DNA from: a virus
Taxonomy: Duplodnaviria; Caudoviricetes
Virus record (IMG/VR): IMGVR_UViG_3300048578_000393
Coordinates: 1-45,940 of that record
Direction: 5' to 3' (one strand)
DNA: 45,940 nt
The notes beneath the pieces were generated by a model that ran no database searches, was not told the origin of the DNA, and was given only the letters and a program-made list of their open reading frames with translations. Positions 17,726 to 26,187 of the stretch are shown piece by piece. The first letter of the stretch is position 1. Each line of letters starts with the position of its first letter. The translations under genes were made by a program, and so were the position numbers.

Positions 17726-18588
17726 CAGTACGCCCGCCCGCCATTGATCAGGCTGACAGCACCGATCCGGATCATCTCGTGTTCGGCGGCTTGGCGCGGG
17801 CCGGTTACCAGCTCCACGTCGTAGACGCCGTCCGCCATCAGCGCGCGCGTCAGCCACGCCTCTGTCAGGTCTCGGCCGAGGCCACCGACAGAGGCCCAAG
17901 CGGTCGGCAGCGCAGCCGCCAGCATGTCCAGCAGCGTGGGCGATGTCCCCGGCAGCAGACGGATCCGCGCGGTCACCGGCACCAGCTCGCGCGCCGCGCT
18001 CTCGACCACGATGTGGGCTGCCCACATCGGCCTCACCGCGTCGGCAGTCACGGCAGCGTTGATGATCGCCAGGAGGCCAGCGTCAGCCACGCCTCCGTTG
18101 TCGGCCGCCAAGATGGAAAGATGGAGGATCGGCAATACCGCTTCGCGCCAGACCGAAACATCGGCAACGCGGGTCGACGCGGCCATCGCCAAGCGCTTGA
18201 AATAGGCTTCCGGCCCGGCAACGCTCTGCCCCTGCTGGCCCAGCGTGATGCGGTGATTGAGGCGGTCGTCGTCCTCGCCGTCCATCCGGCGGACGTTGTA
18301 ATACTCGGCGAGATGGTCGAGATCCGACTTCTTGGCGAAGAGCCGATATCGTCCCCTGGCGATATCGTTGCCGTGGGCGCGCAGCGCCACCTCCCGGAAA
18401 CTCGCCTCCTGCACCTGGATGACGGCGCTGTCGGTCTCCAACTGGTCGGCGTCGTATGGGACGTTGCTCGCGTCGAACCGAGCGACCAGCTCGGCGCGGC
18501 GCGCCATGTCGATCACGTCGTTGCCGAGTTCTTCGATCAGCGTCGGCTTCGGAAGGGACGCGAGATAGGTCAGGGCCTCGTCAGGCAT
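17725..18588 (-). CDS. Baseplate J-like wedge protein
   Basis: LPKPTLIEE...AKKSDLDHLA...GEDDDRL..RI...SVAGPEAY motifs. Confidence 0.88.
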   Translation of the reverse strand: MPDEALTYLASLPKPTLIEELGNDVIDMARRAELVARFDASNVPYDADQLETDSAVIQVQEASFREVALRAHGNDIARGRYRLFAKKSDLDHLAEYYNVRRMDGEDDDRLNHRITLGQQGQSVAGPEAYFKRLAMAASTRVADVSVWREAVLPILHLSILAADNGGVADAGLLAIINAAVTADAVRPMWAAHIVVESAARELVPVTARIRLLPGTSPTLLDMLAAALPTAWASVGGLGRDLTEAWLTRALMADGVYDVELVTGPRQAAEHEMIRIGAVSLINGGRAY

Positions 18589-19000
18589 TGATGGCCCTCC
18601 CGCGCGTGGCGATCGCCGTGCCGGCAAGCGCGAGCGATCCGCCCACGGCTTGCGCGATCCCGTAGTTCCCAAGCCGTCCTTCAGGGTAGTAGATGCCGGC
18701 GTGCCGCAGCCCGAGCACGCCGTCGCGGACGAGCTTCACGAGCTGCATCTCCGTGATCCGGTACTCCGGCTCCCACTGGTGCGCGGCCGTGATCAACTCG
18801 TCGTAGATCCCGAGCGCGGTCGCGGCATTGATGTCCTCGGAGAGCCATGACCGCAGGTTGGAGCCGAAGGTGAGACGCATCACGCGTTCGCCGACACGCG
18901 TCGTCCAGATGACCGCGAGCGATTGCTGGACGTGCATCCAGCCGACGAGCGGCTTGCCCGTCGTTCGGTCGATGCCGGTCCTGTAGGCGATCGCGGCCAT
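18581..19000 (-). CDS. Baseplate gpW/gp25-family protein
   Basis: GIDRTTGK...HVQQSL..IWTTRVGERVMR..FGS...WEP. Confidence 0.9.
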   Translation of the reverse strand: MAAIAYRTGIDRTTGKPLVGWMHVQQSLAVIWTTRVGERVMRLTFGSNLRSWLSEDINAATALGIYDELITAAHQWEPEYRITEMQLVKLVRDGVLGLRHAGIYYPEGRLGNYGIAQAVGGSLALAGTAIATRGRAINA

Positions 19001-19011
19001 TCAAGGTCCCC

Positions 19012-19224
19012 TCAACGGCGCTTTGAGCCGGACTTGACGGCGGCGTTTCCATCCGTCTCGGCCGCGACCGGCGCCGATTTCTCCTCGGACTGCTCCGGCC
19101 GGATGTGGCCGGCGGTCAGCTCGTAGAGGGCCTGCGCCTCGGTCAGCTCCAGCGCGTCGCCGGCGACGGCATGTCGGCCGGCGACCTTCGGCGGCGCGTA
19201 ATCGGTGACGATGTAGCTCGGCAT
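19012..19224 (-). CDS. Small hypothetical virion-region protein
   Basis: 70 aa, GAGGAG RBS, GD.LELTEAQA.YEL motif. Confidence 0.65.
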   Translation of the reverse strand: MPSYIVTDYAPPKVAGRHAVAGDALELTEAQALYELTAGHIRPEQSEEKSAPVAAETDGNAAVKSGSKRR

Positions 19225-19234
19225 GTTCAGCTCC

Positions 19235-19822
19235 TCAGACCAGCAGGTTTTCGTTGCCGTCGACGGCCAGGTCGCCGGCGCTGTCGGCGCCGCCGACATA
19301 GTGGGCGGGGCGCGAGCCGCCCTTGGCGCGCAGCACCTTGCCGGCGCGGATCTCTTCCGGGGTAATGGTGATGGCGTCGCCACCGACATCGAACGTGATG
19401 GACTGCGACGCCTTCAGCAGGAGCGCGCCGCTCTCCTTCAGGTGAACCTCGACCGAACCAGCCTGAAGTACGGCCGTGTCATCCGCCTCACTCGGCGCCT
19501 TGTTGTCGTCGGTGTAGGTCGCCCAGTGCGCGACCGACCCTTCGCCGATCGTTCCGGACGGCGAGATGAGCGTCATCAGGACGCCCTTCTTCGGCGGGAC
19601 GTGCACCTTCAGCAAACCGTCGCCGCCCGCCTCGGCCCAGCGGACCCACGGGGAGAGAACGGGCTTGCCGGAGGCGTTCGTCCCGACCGCCAGCCGGACG
19701 CGGCGCTTGGCATGGTCGATGTCCTCTACCGTGCCCGTGAGCACGACGCAGGCGAGCCGGCGCTCCAGTTCGACGACGCGGCGGATCAGGCGCCGATTGA
19801 CGTCAGCCACCATCGGGGTCAT
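19235..19822 (-). CDS. Baseplate spike protein (P2 gpV-like)
   Basis: GTVEDIDH...LSPWVRW....G...HVPP..G...LISPSG OB-fold motif. Confidence 0.85.
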   Translation of the reverse strand: MTPMVADVNRRLIRRVVELERRLACVVLTGTVEDIDHAKRRVRLAVGTNASGKPVLSPWVRWAEAGGDGLLKVHVPPKKGVLMTLISPSGTIGEGSVAHWATYTDDNKAPSEADDTAVLQAGSVEVHLKESGALLLKASQSITFDVGGDAITITPEEIRAGKVLRAKGGSRPAHYVGGADSAGDLAVDGNENLLV

Positions 19823-20457
19823 GCGGGGTCACTCCAGAGCGCGCGAACGGCGATCGGCACGGCGCCGTCGCCGGGGCCAAAGTCAGCCTCGGCCGAGGCA
19901 CGACCGTCGCCATCGAGGGCGGCGGAGAGCGCCGGTGCCGCGCCCTCGAACAGGCCGGGAGCCTGATCGACGATGGTCTGCGACCATGTGACGGCGAGAT
20001 ACGAAGTGCCCTCGGCCTGATCGGCGATCGTGAACACGGGCGAGAGCTGCGCCGGCGGCGCCTCGGCAGGCGGTGCGATGCGGGGCACCCCCCAGGTGGC
20101 AGCGGTCGGATCGGCGAGGATGCCGAGGAGCGCAAAGCCGATGGCGAGGGCCAGCGCTTCCCGCTCGACGCGGCGGCCGCCGATCACCTTGTGCTCGGTG
20201 ACGACGTAGGCGATCCAATCGACCGTGATCGCCACCGTGCCGTCGATGGCTGAGGCGTCGCGCACCCGCGACCAGCCAACCGCGATGCCGGGCGTCGCCA
20301 TGATCGCCTTGGCGTCGAGCTGGGAGATGGAGACCTTGCCGGGGTGTGTCTTGACGGTGATGTCGGGCAGCAACTGCGCCAGTCGATCGGCGATCGCCGC
20401 CTGATAGCGGGCGATCGGGTCGGCGGCGAGGAGGTCGACGAGCGCGATCGGCGTCAT
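19819..20457 (-). CDS. Tail completion/terminator-type protein (Mu gp37-like)
   Basis: Lies between the virion morphogenesis gene and spike; ATGA-coupled; call rests mostly on synteny. Confidence 0.55.
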   Translation of the reverse strand: MTPIALVDLLAADPIARYQAAIADRLAQLLPDITVKTHPGKVSISQLDAKAIMATPGIAVGWSRVRDASAIDGTVAITVDWIAYVVTEHKVIGGRRVEREALALAIGFALLGILADPTAATWGVPRIAPPAEAPPAQLSPVFTIADQAEGTSYLAVTWSQTIVDQAPGLFEGAAPALSAALDGDGRASAEADFGPGDGAVPIAVRALWSDPA

Positions 20458-20939
20458 GGCTCGAACACCCTCCCCATCCACGCGGTCAGCTCGTCCTCGA
20501 TCTCACGACCATTGGCGTCGGAGACGCCGACGAACGGTCGCGGCGGGATCGTGACCCTCCGGGCACCCGTCTTCTTGCCGCCAACAAAGAACACCAGGCG
20601 GTCGGCGGCCTTTGGCGTGATCGTCGCGCCGAACTGGTGGACATGGGCGTATTCCCAGGACGCGCCCCACTCCACCTCGTCCTCGCCGGCGGCGAAGGCG
20701 ACCGACGCCTCCAGGTTCTGGCCGGTGCGGCGCAGGATCGGCGTACCCTCAAGGTTCTTCGGCCACGCCTGGCCGTCCGGGCCGGTCTTTTCGTCGGTGA
20801 TGCGCCGGCGGGTCTGGCTCTCGCCGAGCGCGCCGAGCGCCTCCATCAAGTCGCCCGACGGCGCACGGCTGGCGGCGGCGAACTTGGCGATGACCCGCTC
20901 CAGCTCGGCGGCGTCGATGGTGATGCCGACGCCGTCCAT
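20454..20939 (-). CDS. Phage virion morphogenesis protein (Mu gpG / P2 gpS family)
   Basis: GPDGQAW...IL.RTG..L..S...YAHVHQFG...IPPRPFVG. Confidence 0.88.
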   Translation of the reverse strand: MDGVGITIDAAELERVIAKFAAASRAPSGDLMEALGALGESQTRRRITDEKTGPDGQAWPKNLEGTPILRRTGQNLEASVAFAAGEDEVEWGASWEYAHVHQFGATITPKAADRLVFFVGGKKTGARRVTIPPRPFVGVSDANGREIEDELTAWMGRVFEP

Positions 20940-21400
20940 CAGAAGCTCCGCAGGCGGTCGCGGGTGAACATGCGCTCCGGTGCGTCAATGACGACGCCGC
21001 CGGGCGAGATGGCGCCGACATCGGCATCGTCACCGACCGAGCCGGCGCCAAGGATTATGAGGCCGCCCTTGCCGGCGGCGATCGCCGTCAGGCGGGCGAT
21101 GGAGGCGTCGTAGCGCTCCTTGAGGGTCTCGGAGGTCCGCGAAAAGGCGACGGAGATCCGGTAGAGGACGATGTCGATGGCGTAGACGCGCAGGATCTCG
21201 GCCGACGCCTCGTCCATGCGCATCAGATCGTCGGAGGCGTAGCGGGCGAACAGGATGCCACGGATCTCGGCCGAGGCGTCGCGGCAGGCGCGCTCGACGC
21301 GGACATCGTCGCGGATGCCGGTGGTCTCGTCGGCGGCGAGCAGCGCTAGTTGTTCGGGAAAGCGCTCGACCAGATCATCCAGGGTGCAGAAATTCGCCAT
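20939..21400 (-). CDS. Head-tail adaptor, Mu gp36 (DUF1320) family
   Basis: FCTLDDLVERF...A..DASAEI...L..RY...DI..YR...RY..I..L..IA.GK. Confidence 0.85.
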   Translation of the reverse strand: MANFCTLDDLVERFPEQLALLAADETTGIRDDVRVERACRDASAEIRGILFARYASDDLMRMDEASAEILRVYAIDIVLYRISVAFSRTSETLKERYDASIARLTAIAAGKGGLIILGAGSVGDDADVGAISPGGVVIDAPERMFTRDRLRSF

Positions 21401-21424
21401 GTCGGGGCCTCGTCGGGGAAAGTT

Positions 21425-21456
21425 GGGGCGGCGGCGATCCCCTGTGCCGCCGCCCC
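21425..21456. terminator. GC-rich hairpin in the late operon (terminator or RNA stabiliser)
   Basis: GGGGCGGCGGC/GCCGCCGCCCC 11-bp perfect stem. Confidence 0.45.
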
Positions 21457-21509
21457 CGAGGATCGCCGGCGACGCGAAATCACGCCGGCGAATGGGATAC
21501 CCGACCCGA

Positions 21510-22037
21510 TCAGGCGTCGGGCGGCGGCGCGACGGAGAGCATCGGGTCGGCGAGGAGCGCCTTGAGGACCTCCTGCGGCACACCGCCGGCGTCGAGGATC
21601 TCGGCGAAGGTGAGGTCGCGCAGCTTCGGCCCGAAGGCGAAACCGGCGCGGCGGCGCGGACCGGCGGGTGCGGTGACCCGGATGATCACGCGGCCGACGG
21701 CGTCCGCCTGGAGCTTGGCCGCTGCGGCCGTCGCGAGTGTCTTGATCGCCTGGGCCGTCTCGGCGGAGACGGTGGGCGCGGGAGAGACGGTCACCTGCAC
21801 GGGCTCGGCAGGTTCCAAGGCCGGCGCGTCGGGTTCCGGGACGGGCGCCGGCGCCGGGGTCTCGGGCATCGCGGCGATCGCCTTGATGAGGTCGGTCTGT
21901 TCCGGCTCCGAAGCCGCAGAGCCTGCGCCCTCGGCGGGATCGGACACGGCGCCCTGCTCGACGGCCCCCTGGGGCGCGAGGGATGCCTCGGCCGCCTCGG
22001 CCGGCTTGTCGATGGTGGTTCGCTTCGGCTTCGCCAT
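21510..22037 (-). CDS. Mu gp35/HI1506-related protein
   Basis: Pro/Ala-rich N-terminus, then RRRAGFAF...L.ADPMLSV; follows the major capsid gene. Confidence 0.75.
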   Translation of the reverse strand: MAKPKRTTIDKPAEAAEASLAPQGAVEQGAVSDPAEGAGSAASEPEQTDLIKAIAAMPETPAPAPVPEPDAPALEPAEPVQVTVSPAPTVSAETAQAIKTLATAAAAKLQADAVGRVIIRVTAPAGPRRRAGFAFGPKLRDLTFAEILDAGGVPQEVLKALLADPMLSVAPPPDA

Positions 22038-22201
22038 GGCGGCCTCCTGATTGGTGGTGCGGGTCTCTCCCCGCCGTCACGGCCATATCTCAGTCGTTGC
22101 AGCCGGTGTCCGGGCACCGGCACCCCTACTCGGGCGCTCCACCGGCAGGCCATGGCAGCTCCTCCGCCGGCCGGCTTCAGCACGCCCTTTCGCGCGGGAT
22201 C

Positions 22202-23095
22202 TCAGGGGAGGTACGGCGAGACCTGGATCTCGACGAGGCCTCGGTTGACGTTCGAGGTGCCGTTGATCGTCTCGGGCACCAGGATGTCGCGCGCGACGAA
22301 CTGGTTCGACGTGCCGACCACGAGCAGGTTCGGCTTGACGCCGAGCGGCCTGCCCTCATCGGATTTGAACTGCGACATCGCTAGGATGCCGGCGCGCAGG
22401 TTCTCCGGGGTCAGGGCGGCCTTGGAGCCGAAGGCCATCTGCCAGAAGCCGAAGCCGGTGTTCCAGCGGCCGTCGCAGCCCCAGACGAATTCGTTGCTGT
22501 TGAAGACGTTGGGGTCGTTGAGGTTGATGAAGCTGGTGAAGACCGGCTTGCGGCGCTCCTGGTAGATCAGCGGCTTCAGCGCCCGCGTCGTGTCGAGCAG
22601 GAACCAGGGCGCGCCGGCGCCGGCCTGCATGTTGGAGACTGAGGTCTCGACGCCCGTCGTCGGATCCTTGACCGGATGGTCGGTGTCGAAAAAGAACTGG
22701 CCGTCGAAGCACACCGTCGAGAAGCCGGCGGCGAGCTGCGCCCACACCAGTTGGTCGGGGTGCTCCGCGGCGGCCTGGCCGAGCATGGTGAAGAGCGGCG
22801 CGTAGATGCCGATCTGATCGTCGTCGATGTGGTCGCGGTTGACCTTGACCGTGTCCTCCCAGGTCCGGTTGGCGACCTTGTAGGTGCTGGTCGAGATGTT
22901 GTGCGCGACACGCGGGCCGATCCATTCCCGCATGCCCGGCAGGTTGCCGAGCCACGGATAGAGGTTCTCGGCCGTCGTCGATGGCACCGTGGTGGCGACG
23001 CGGCCGTAGCTCGGCGTGACACCGCCAAAACCGCCCTGGAAGTTGGTGCGGTAGCCGATCTGCAGCGCCTCGATATTGGCGCGGTTGATGATCAT
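22202..23095 (-). CDS. Major capsid protein, Mu gpT family
   Basis: YPWLG..PGMREWIGPR, IDDDQIGIY.P, CFDGQFFFDTDHPV, KPLIYQER, GFGFWQMA. Confidence 0.95.
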   Translation of the reverse strand: MIINRANIEALQIGYRTNFQGGFGGVTPSYGRVATTVPSTTAENLYPWLGNLPGMREWIGPRVAHNISTSTYKVANRTWEDTVKVNRDHIDDDQIGIYAPLFTMLGQAAAEHPDQLVWAQLAAGFSTVCFDGQFFFDTDHPVKDPTTGVETSVSNMQAGAGAPWFLLDTTRALKPLIYQERRKPVFTSFINLNDPNVFNSNEFVWGCDGRWNTGFGFWQMAFGSKAALTPENLRAGILAMSQFKSDEGRPLGVKPNLLVVGTSNQFVARDILVPETINGTSNVNRGLVEIQVSPYLP

Positions 23096-23134
23096 GGGTC
23101 TCTCCTGTTGCCCGGTCGCGCTGGGTGTGGCGCG

Positions 23135-23536
23135 TCAGATCTCGACCCAGACGCCGCCGGCCTCGACGGCCCGCACCTTGCCGGCGACGGAGCGCGTGTT
23201 GGCGCCGCTCGAATGGGCGACGGTCTCGTCGTCGACGATGAAGCAATCGCGGCCGACGTCGGCCTGGACGACCGGATCGGCAACGGCGTTGGCGAAAAGG
23301 AAGACGCCACGGCTCACCGGGACGCGCTTGTCGCCGGCGGCGCCGCCGGAATTGTCGACGGCCTCCTCGGCGCGACCGACGGCGACCAGCGTCGTGGCGG
23401 TCGCGCCGCCAGCCGCGTAGCCCGCCGCGCTCAGCGCCACGAGCGCGCCGCCGTAGATCTTGGTGGCGGCGGCAACGGGGTAATGCCAATTCCCGGGGAG
23501 CCGGCTCTTGGTGTTGCGGTCCTTGATGAGAGCCAT
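23135..23536 (-). CDS. Probable capsid decoration/cement protein
   Basis: PVAAATKIYGGALV...VG..CFIVDDETV...GVWV; lies between protease and capsid genes. Confidence 0.7.
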   Translation of the reverse strand: MALIKDRNTKSRLPGNWHYPVAAATKIYGGALVALSAAGYAAGGATATTLVAVGRAEEAVDNSGGAAGDKRVPVSRGVFLFANAVADPVVQADVGRDCFIVDDETVAHSSGANTRSVAGKVRAVEAGGVWVEI

Positions 23537-23568
23537 CGTCTCGATCCTTCGCGAGCTGGCGGCGCCGA

Positions 23569-24039
23569 TCAGGCGACCGCGAGGGTCTTCTTGTAGTCCT
23601 CGGGGTTGATGCCGAGGGCCGAGCACACGGCGAGCTGCTCGGCCGACAGTTCGCCACCACCGCCCTTCGCCGGATCCTTGTTGTCGAGGCCGCTGGCGCC
23701 GAGGATCGCCGGCGTCACCGCCAGCATCGCCTTGACCTGGGCAAAGCCGGCGTCGGTCGAGCAGAGGGCCAGGTAGTGGTCCTTCTGGGCCGGGACGATC
23801 TTCTTGGCCGTGAGCGCGGCGTCGATGACGCCGGCGACTTCGCGGCCGCGCGTCTCGGTCTCGATCGTCGTCAGCTTGGTCGTCGCGGCGGCGAGCTGCG
23901 CCAGCGCCGCGTCGTGAACGGCCTTGGAGACGACGGCCGCCGGATCGACGATCTTGCCCTGCAGCGCGGTGAGCGCGGCCAGGCCCTCGGCTTCGGAGGC
24001 GGTCGGCTGCAGGCCGAGCGCCACGAGGATGGTCTTCAT
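23569..24039 (-). CDS. Internal in-frame scaffolding protein (Mu Z equivalent)
   Basis: AAGGAG 9 nt upstream of an in-frame ATG (MKTILVALGL) inside the protease gene. Confidence 0.65.
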   Translation of the reverse strand: MKTILVALGLQPTASEAEGLAALTALQGKIVDPAAVVSKAVHDAALAQLAAATTKLTTIETETRGREVAGVIDAALTAKKIVPAQKDHYLALCSTDAGFAQVKAMLAVTPAILGASGLDNKDPAKGGGGELSAEQLAVCSALGINPEDYKKTLAVA

Positions 24040-24549
24040 GGTTTGGGGCTCCTTTTGCGGATCGGCCGACGCGAGCGCCGGCATGTTGGGCAGCGCCGGC
24101 GCCGCGACGAGCGACGCGGAATGGATCCAGGTCGCCTTGCCGAGATCGTCGTGCGGGAAGCTAGGGGAGATGTAGCGATGGCTGCGGGCGGCGAGCAGCG
24201 CCTTGCCCGTGTCGAGCCAGTCGACGCGGCCGTAGAGGCCGTCCGGTCGGGCCTGCAGCTCCTTGATCCACCCGACCGCCGGCGCGGTCGACGAAGAGAA
24301 CGACGCCTTGCTGACCGCGTGATCGACGTCGATCGGCAGGTCGATCCCGTCGGCCGCGAAGCGGGCCGCCAAATCCTCGGGCGCGAACTGGTACTGGCGG
24401 CCGTCGCGCGTCTTCACGGCGCCGCGCGGCGCCAGCTTAATCCACTCCGGCGGCGTGGCGGCCGTCTCGGCGGCGAGATCGACGAGCACGGCGCCGATCG
24501 AGACCGGCGCGGCCGAGAGAGTGGCGAGGGACAGGGATCGCGGTTGCAT
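23569..24549 (-). CDS. Mu gpI-like prohead protease / scaffold
   Basis: WIKLAPRG...RDGR...IDVDHA...APAVGWI...G..DW...YISPSF...ASLV..PAL. Confidence 0.9.
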   Translation of the reverse strand: MQPRSLSLATLSAAPVSIGAVLVDLAAETAATPPEWIKLAPRGAVKTRDGRQYQFAPEDLAARFAADGIDLPIDVDHAVSKASFSSSTAPAVGWIKELQARPDGLYGRVDWLDTGKALLAARSHRYISPSFPHDDLGKATWIHSASLVAAPALPNMPALASADPQKEPQTMKTILVALGLQPTASEAEGLAALTALQGKIVDPAAVVSKAVHDAALAQLAAATTKLTTIETETRGREVAGVIDAALTAKKIVPAQKDHYLALCSTDAGFAQVKAMLAVTPAILGASGLDNKDPAKGGGGELSAEQLAVCSALGINPEDYKKTLAVA

Positions 24550-24556
24550 GGCGGAG

Positions 24557-24605
24557 ACACTAGGTGCGTCGCCATGCGTTTCGGGGGCTGACAGGTGTCA
24601 GCCCC
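24557..24605 (-). promoter_or_regulatory. Late promoter for the head operon
   Basis: Palindrome at 24584-24605 identical to 8568-8589; TAGTGT 21 nt downstream. Confidence 0.75.
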
Positions 24606-24763
24606 GGCCGGTTCGTTCCGCGTCGTCGGAATGCCTGTACCGTACCCCCTTCCAGACGCCCATCAAAGGGGTTTTGAGGGGGGCAGGAGCGGCAGTGGTC
24701 GCTCAGGTGCTACATCGGCTCAATCCAGGCGGCGTGGGCGGCCAGCGGCCTTGTGTGGCGGAG

Positions 24764-24792
24764 TTGCGGTTCGGACCCGCACCGCCTATATT
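24764..24792 (+). promoter_or_regulatory. Sigma70-like promoter facing the MuF 3' end
   Basis: TTGCGG (24764-24769), 17-bp spacer, TATATT (24787-24792). Confidence 0.6.
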
Positions 24793-24796
24793 GCGG

Positions 24797-24872
24797 ACGT
24801 GGCGAGCCATTGCCTTCGGGCGCCGTTCGATAGCCTTCGGGCGAGTGTAGGGGTTACGGCCTACCGCCACGT
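24797..24872 (+). ncRNA. Candidate 76-nt cloverleaf (tRNA-like) RNA
   Basis: 8-bp closing stem ACGTGGCG/CGCCACGT; two GCC-TTCG-GGC hairpins; GTAGG/CCTAC hairpin; starts just after the promoter. Confidence 0.5.
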
Positions 24873-26186
24873 TTTCCCCTCTCGTAGTTTCGCCAGCCCC
24901 GCCAATCGACGATGCGTGTAGCGCTTCGAGGCGCGAAAGAGCGTCACCACCTCCATCTGACCACCTCGCAGCTCGGTTGCCAGGTACCAGGAATAATTGC
25001 CGTCGGGTCGGACGAACACGACCTTGTCAGGATGATGAGGATCCGAGGCATCCCGCCACGCCTCGGCCGAGGTGATGAGGTCCTGTACCTGCGACCAGGT
25101 CGATGGCGCGTAGTGGTGGTCGGGGGTGTGAGCCATCGACGCCGGCGACGCCGTGACGACCCGCCTCGTCGGCCGAAGCTCCTCACCCAGATCGTCAGGC
25201 CACACCCCCAGCGGATGGCGCTCGGACGGCCACGGCGCCACTTGGTCGATCTCGTGGCTGGGCGCTCCGCCCTGTCGCAGTTGCGCTCGGCGCGCGCCGA
25301 CCTGCTCGGCCCGGTAGACCGCCGTCTCAAAACTCGGATCTGCCGCATACCGCTCAATCGCGAACCGGGCCGCATCGGGTGAGCTGCGCTCCAGGCGGTC
25401 GACAAAGATGTCCAAGACCGAGCGCGACCGCGCGATGCCGGGATTGGTGTGCCAGCCGGGATCGATGCCCTGCGGCAACTGGATGACCTCACCGGTCCGC
25501 TTGTTGCGCCAGGGCTTGGTGACGATCGGCGGCGCCTGATCGGTATACCAGACGCCGTCGGAGCCCTTGGACGCCTCCAGCAGCCGGCCGCGCTCGACGC
25601 TGCCGATCTGGCGCACCGAGCACTTGCACAGCCAGCCATTGGGCGGGAAATGCGTGCGCCAGAACGGATCGTCGATCGGCAGGATCGTGCCGACCCAGTG
25701 GAGATGCTCCGGACGCGGATCAGATGCCGTGGTCCGGACGTAGAGGATGTAGGGCAGCACCTGCTTGGTGCGCTGCATCCTATCCCACTGGCCCGCCGCC
25801 CGCGCCGACGACATGTTCGACTGAAAAATCACCTTCAGCCGGCGTGGATGCGTGAAGTCCACCCGCGCCATCGGCTGCTTGCCGGCGATGCCGCCCTCGT
25901 CGTCGTCGACTTTGATCGGCCCGGTGATGCCGATCGCCTTGAGCTGGCCGAGAATGTCCTTCTGGAAGGCCTCAAAGGTCGCACCGCCGGCGATGGCACG
26001 GTCGATGGCGCCGTCGAAGCTCGCCAGCACGTCGAGCGATGTCGCCTTGGCGATCGTCATCGCGTGCGCGTGCTCTTCACCGTAGACGTCGAGGTAGCTG
26101 AAGGCCGGTCGCAGCGCCTTGCCGCGCCAGTATCCCGTTACCTCCGGGGGTGTCGCGAAACCGCGCTGGGCGACGGGGCCAGCCAT
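24861..26186 (-). CDS. Mu gpF (gp30) head morphogenesis protein with C-terminal extension
   Basis: RRLKVIFQSN..SARAAGQW, RPEHLHW.GTILPIDDPFW..HFPPNGWLCKC, GIDPGW..NPG, then ~190 extra residues. Confidence 0.88.
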   Translation of the reverse strand: MAGPVAQRGFATPPEVTGYWRGKALRPAFSYLDVYGEEHAHAMTIAKATSLDVLASFDGAIDRAIAGGATFEAFQKDILGQLKAIGITGPIKVDDDEGGIAGKQPMARVDFTHPRRLKVIFQSNMSSARAAGQWDRMQRTKQVLPYILYVRTTASDPRPEHLHWVGTILPIDDPFWRTHFPPNGWLCKCSVRQIGSVERGRLLEASKGSDGVWYTDQAPPIVTKPWRNKRTGEVIQLPQGIDPGWHTNPGIARSRSVLDIFVDRLERSSPDAARFAIERYAADPSFETAVYRAEQVGARRAQLRQGGAPSHEIDQVAPWPSERHPLGVWPDDLGEELRPTRRVVTASPASMAHTPDHHYAPSTWSQVQDLITSAEAWRDASDPHHPDKVVFVRPDGNYSWYLATELRGGQMEVVTLFRASKRYTHRRLAGLAKLREGKTWR

Positions 26187-26187
26187 A

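Noticed and set aside
24797-24872. True tRNA gene
   Set aside because: No TTC T-loop, canonical D-arm, 7-nt anticodon loop or CCA; kept only as a tRNA-like candidate RNA.
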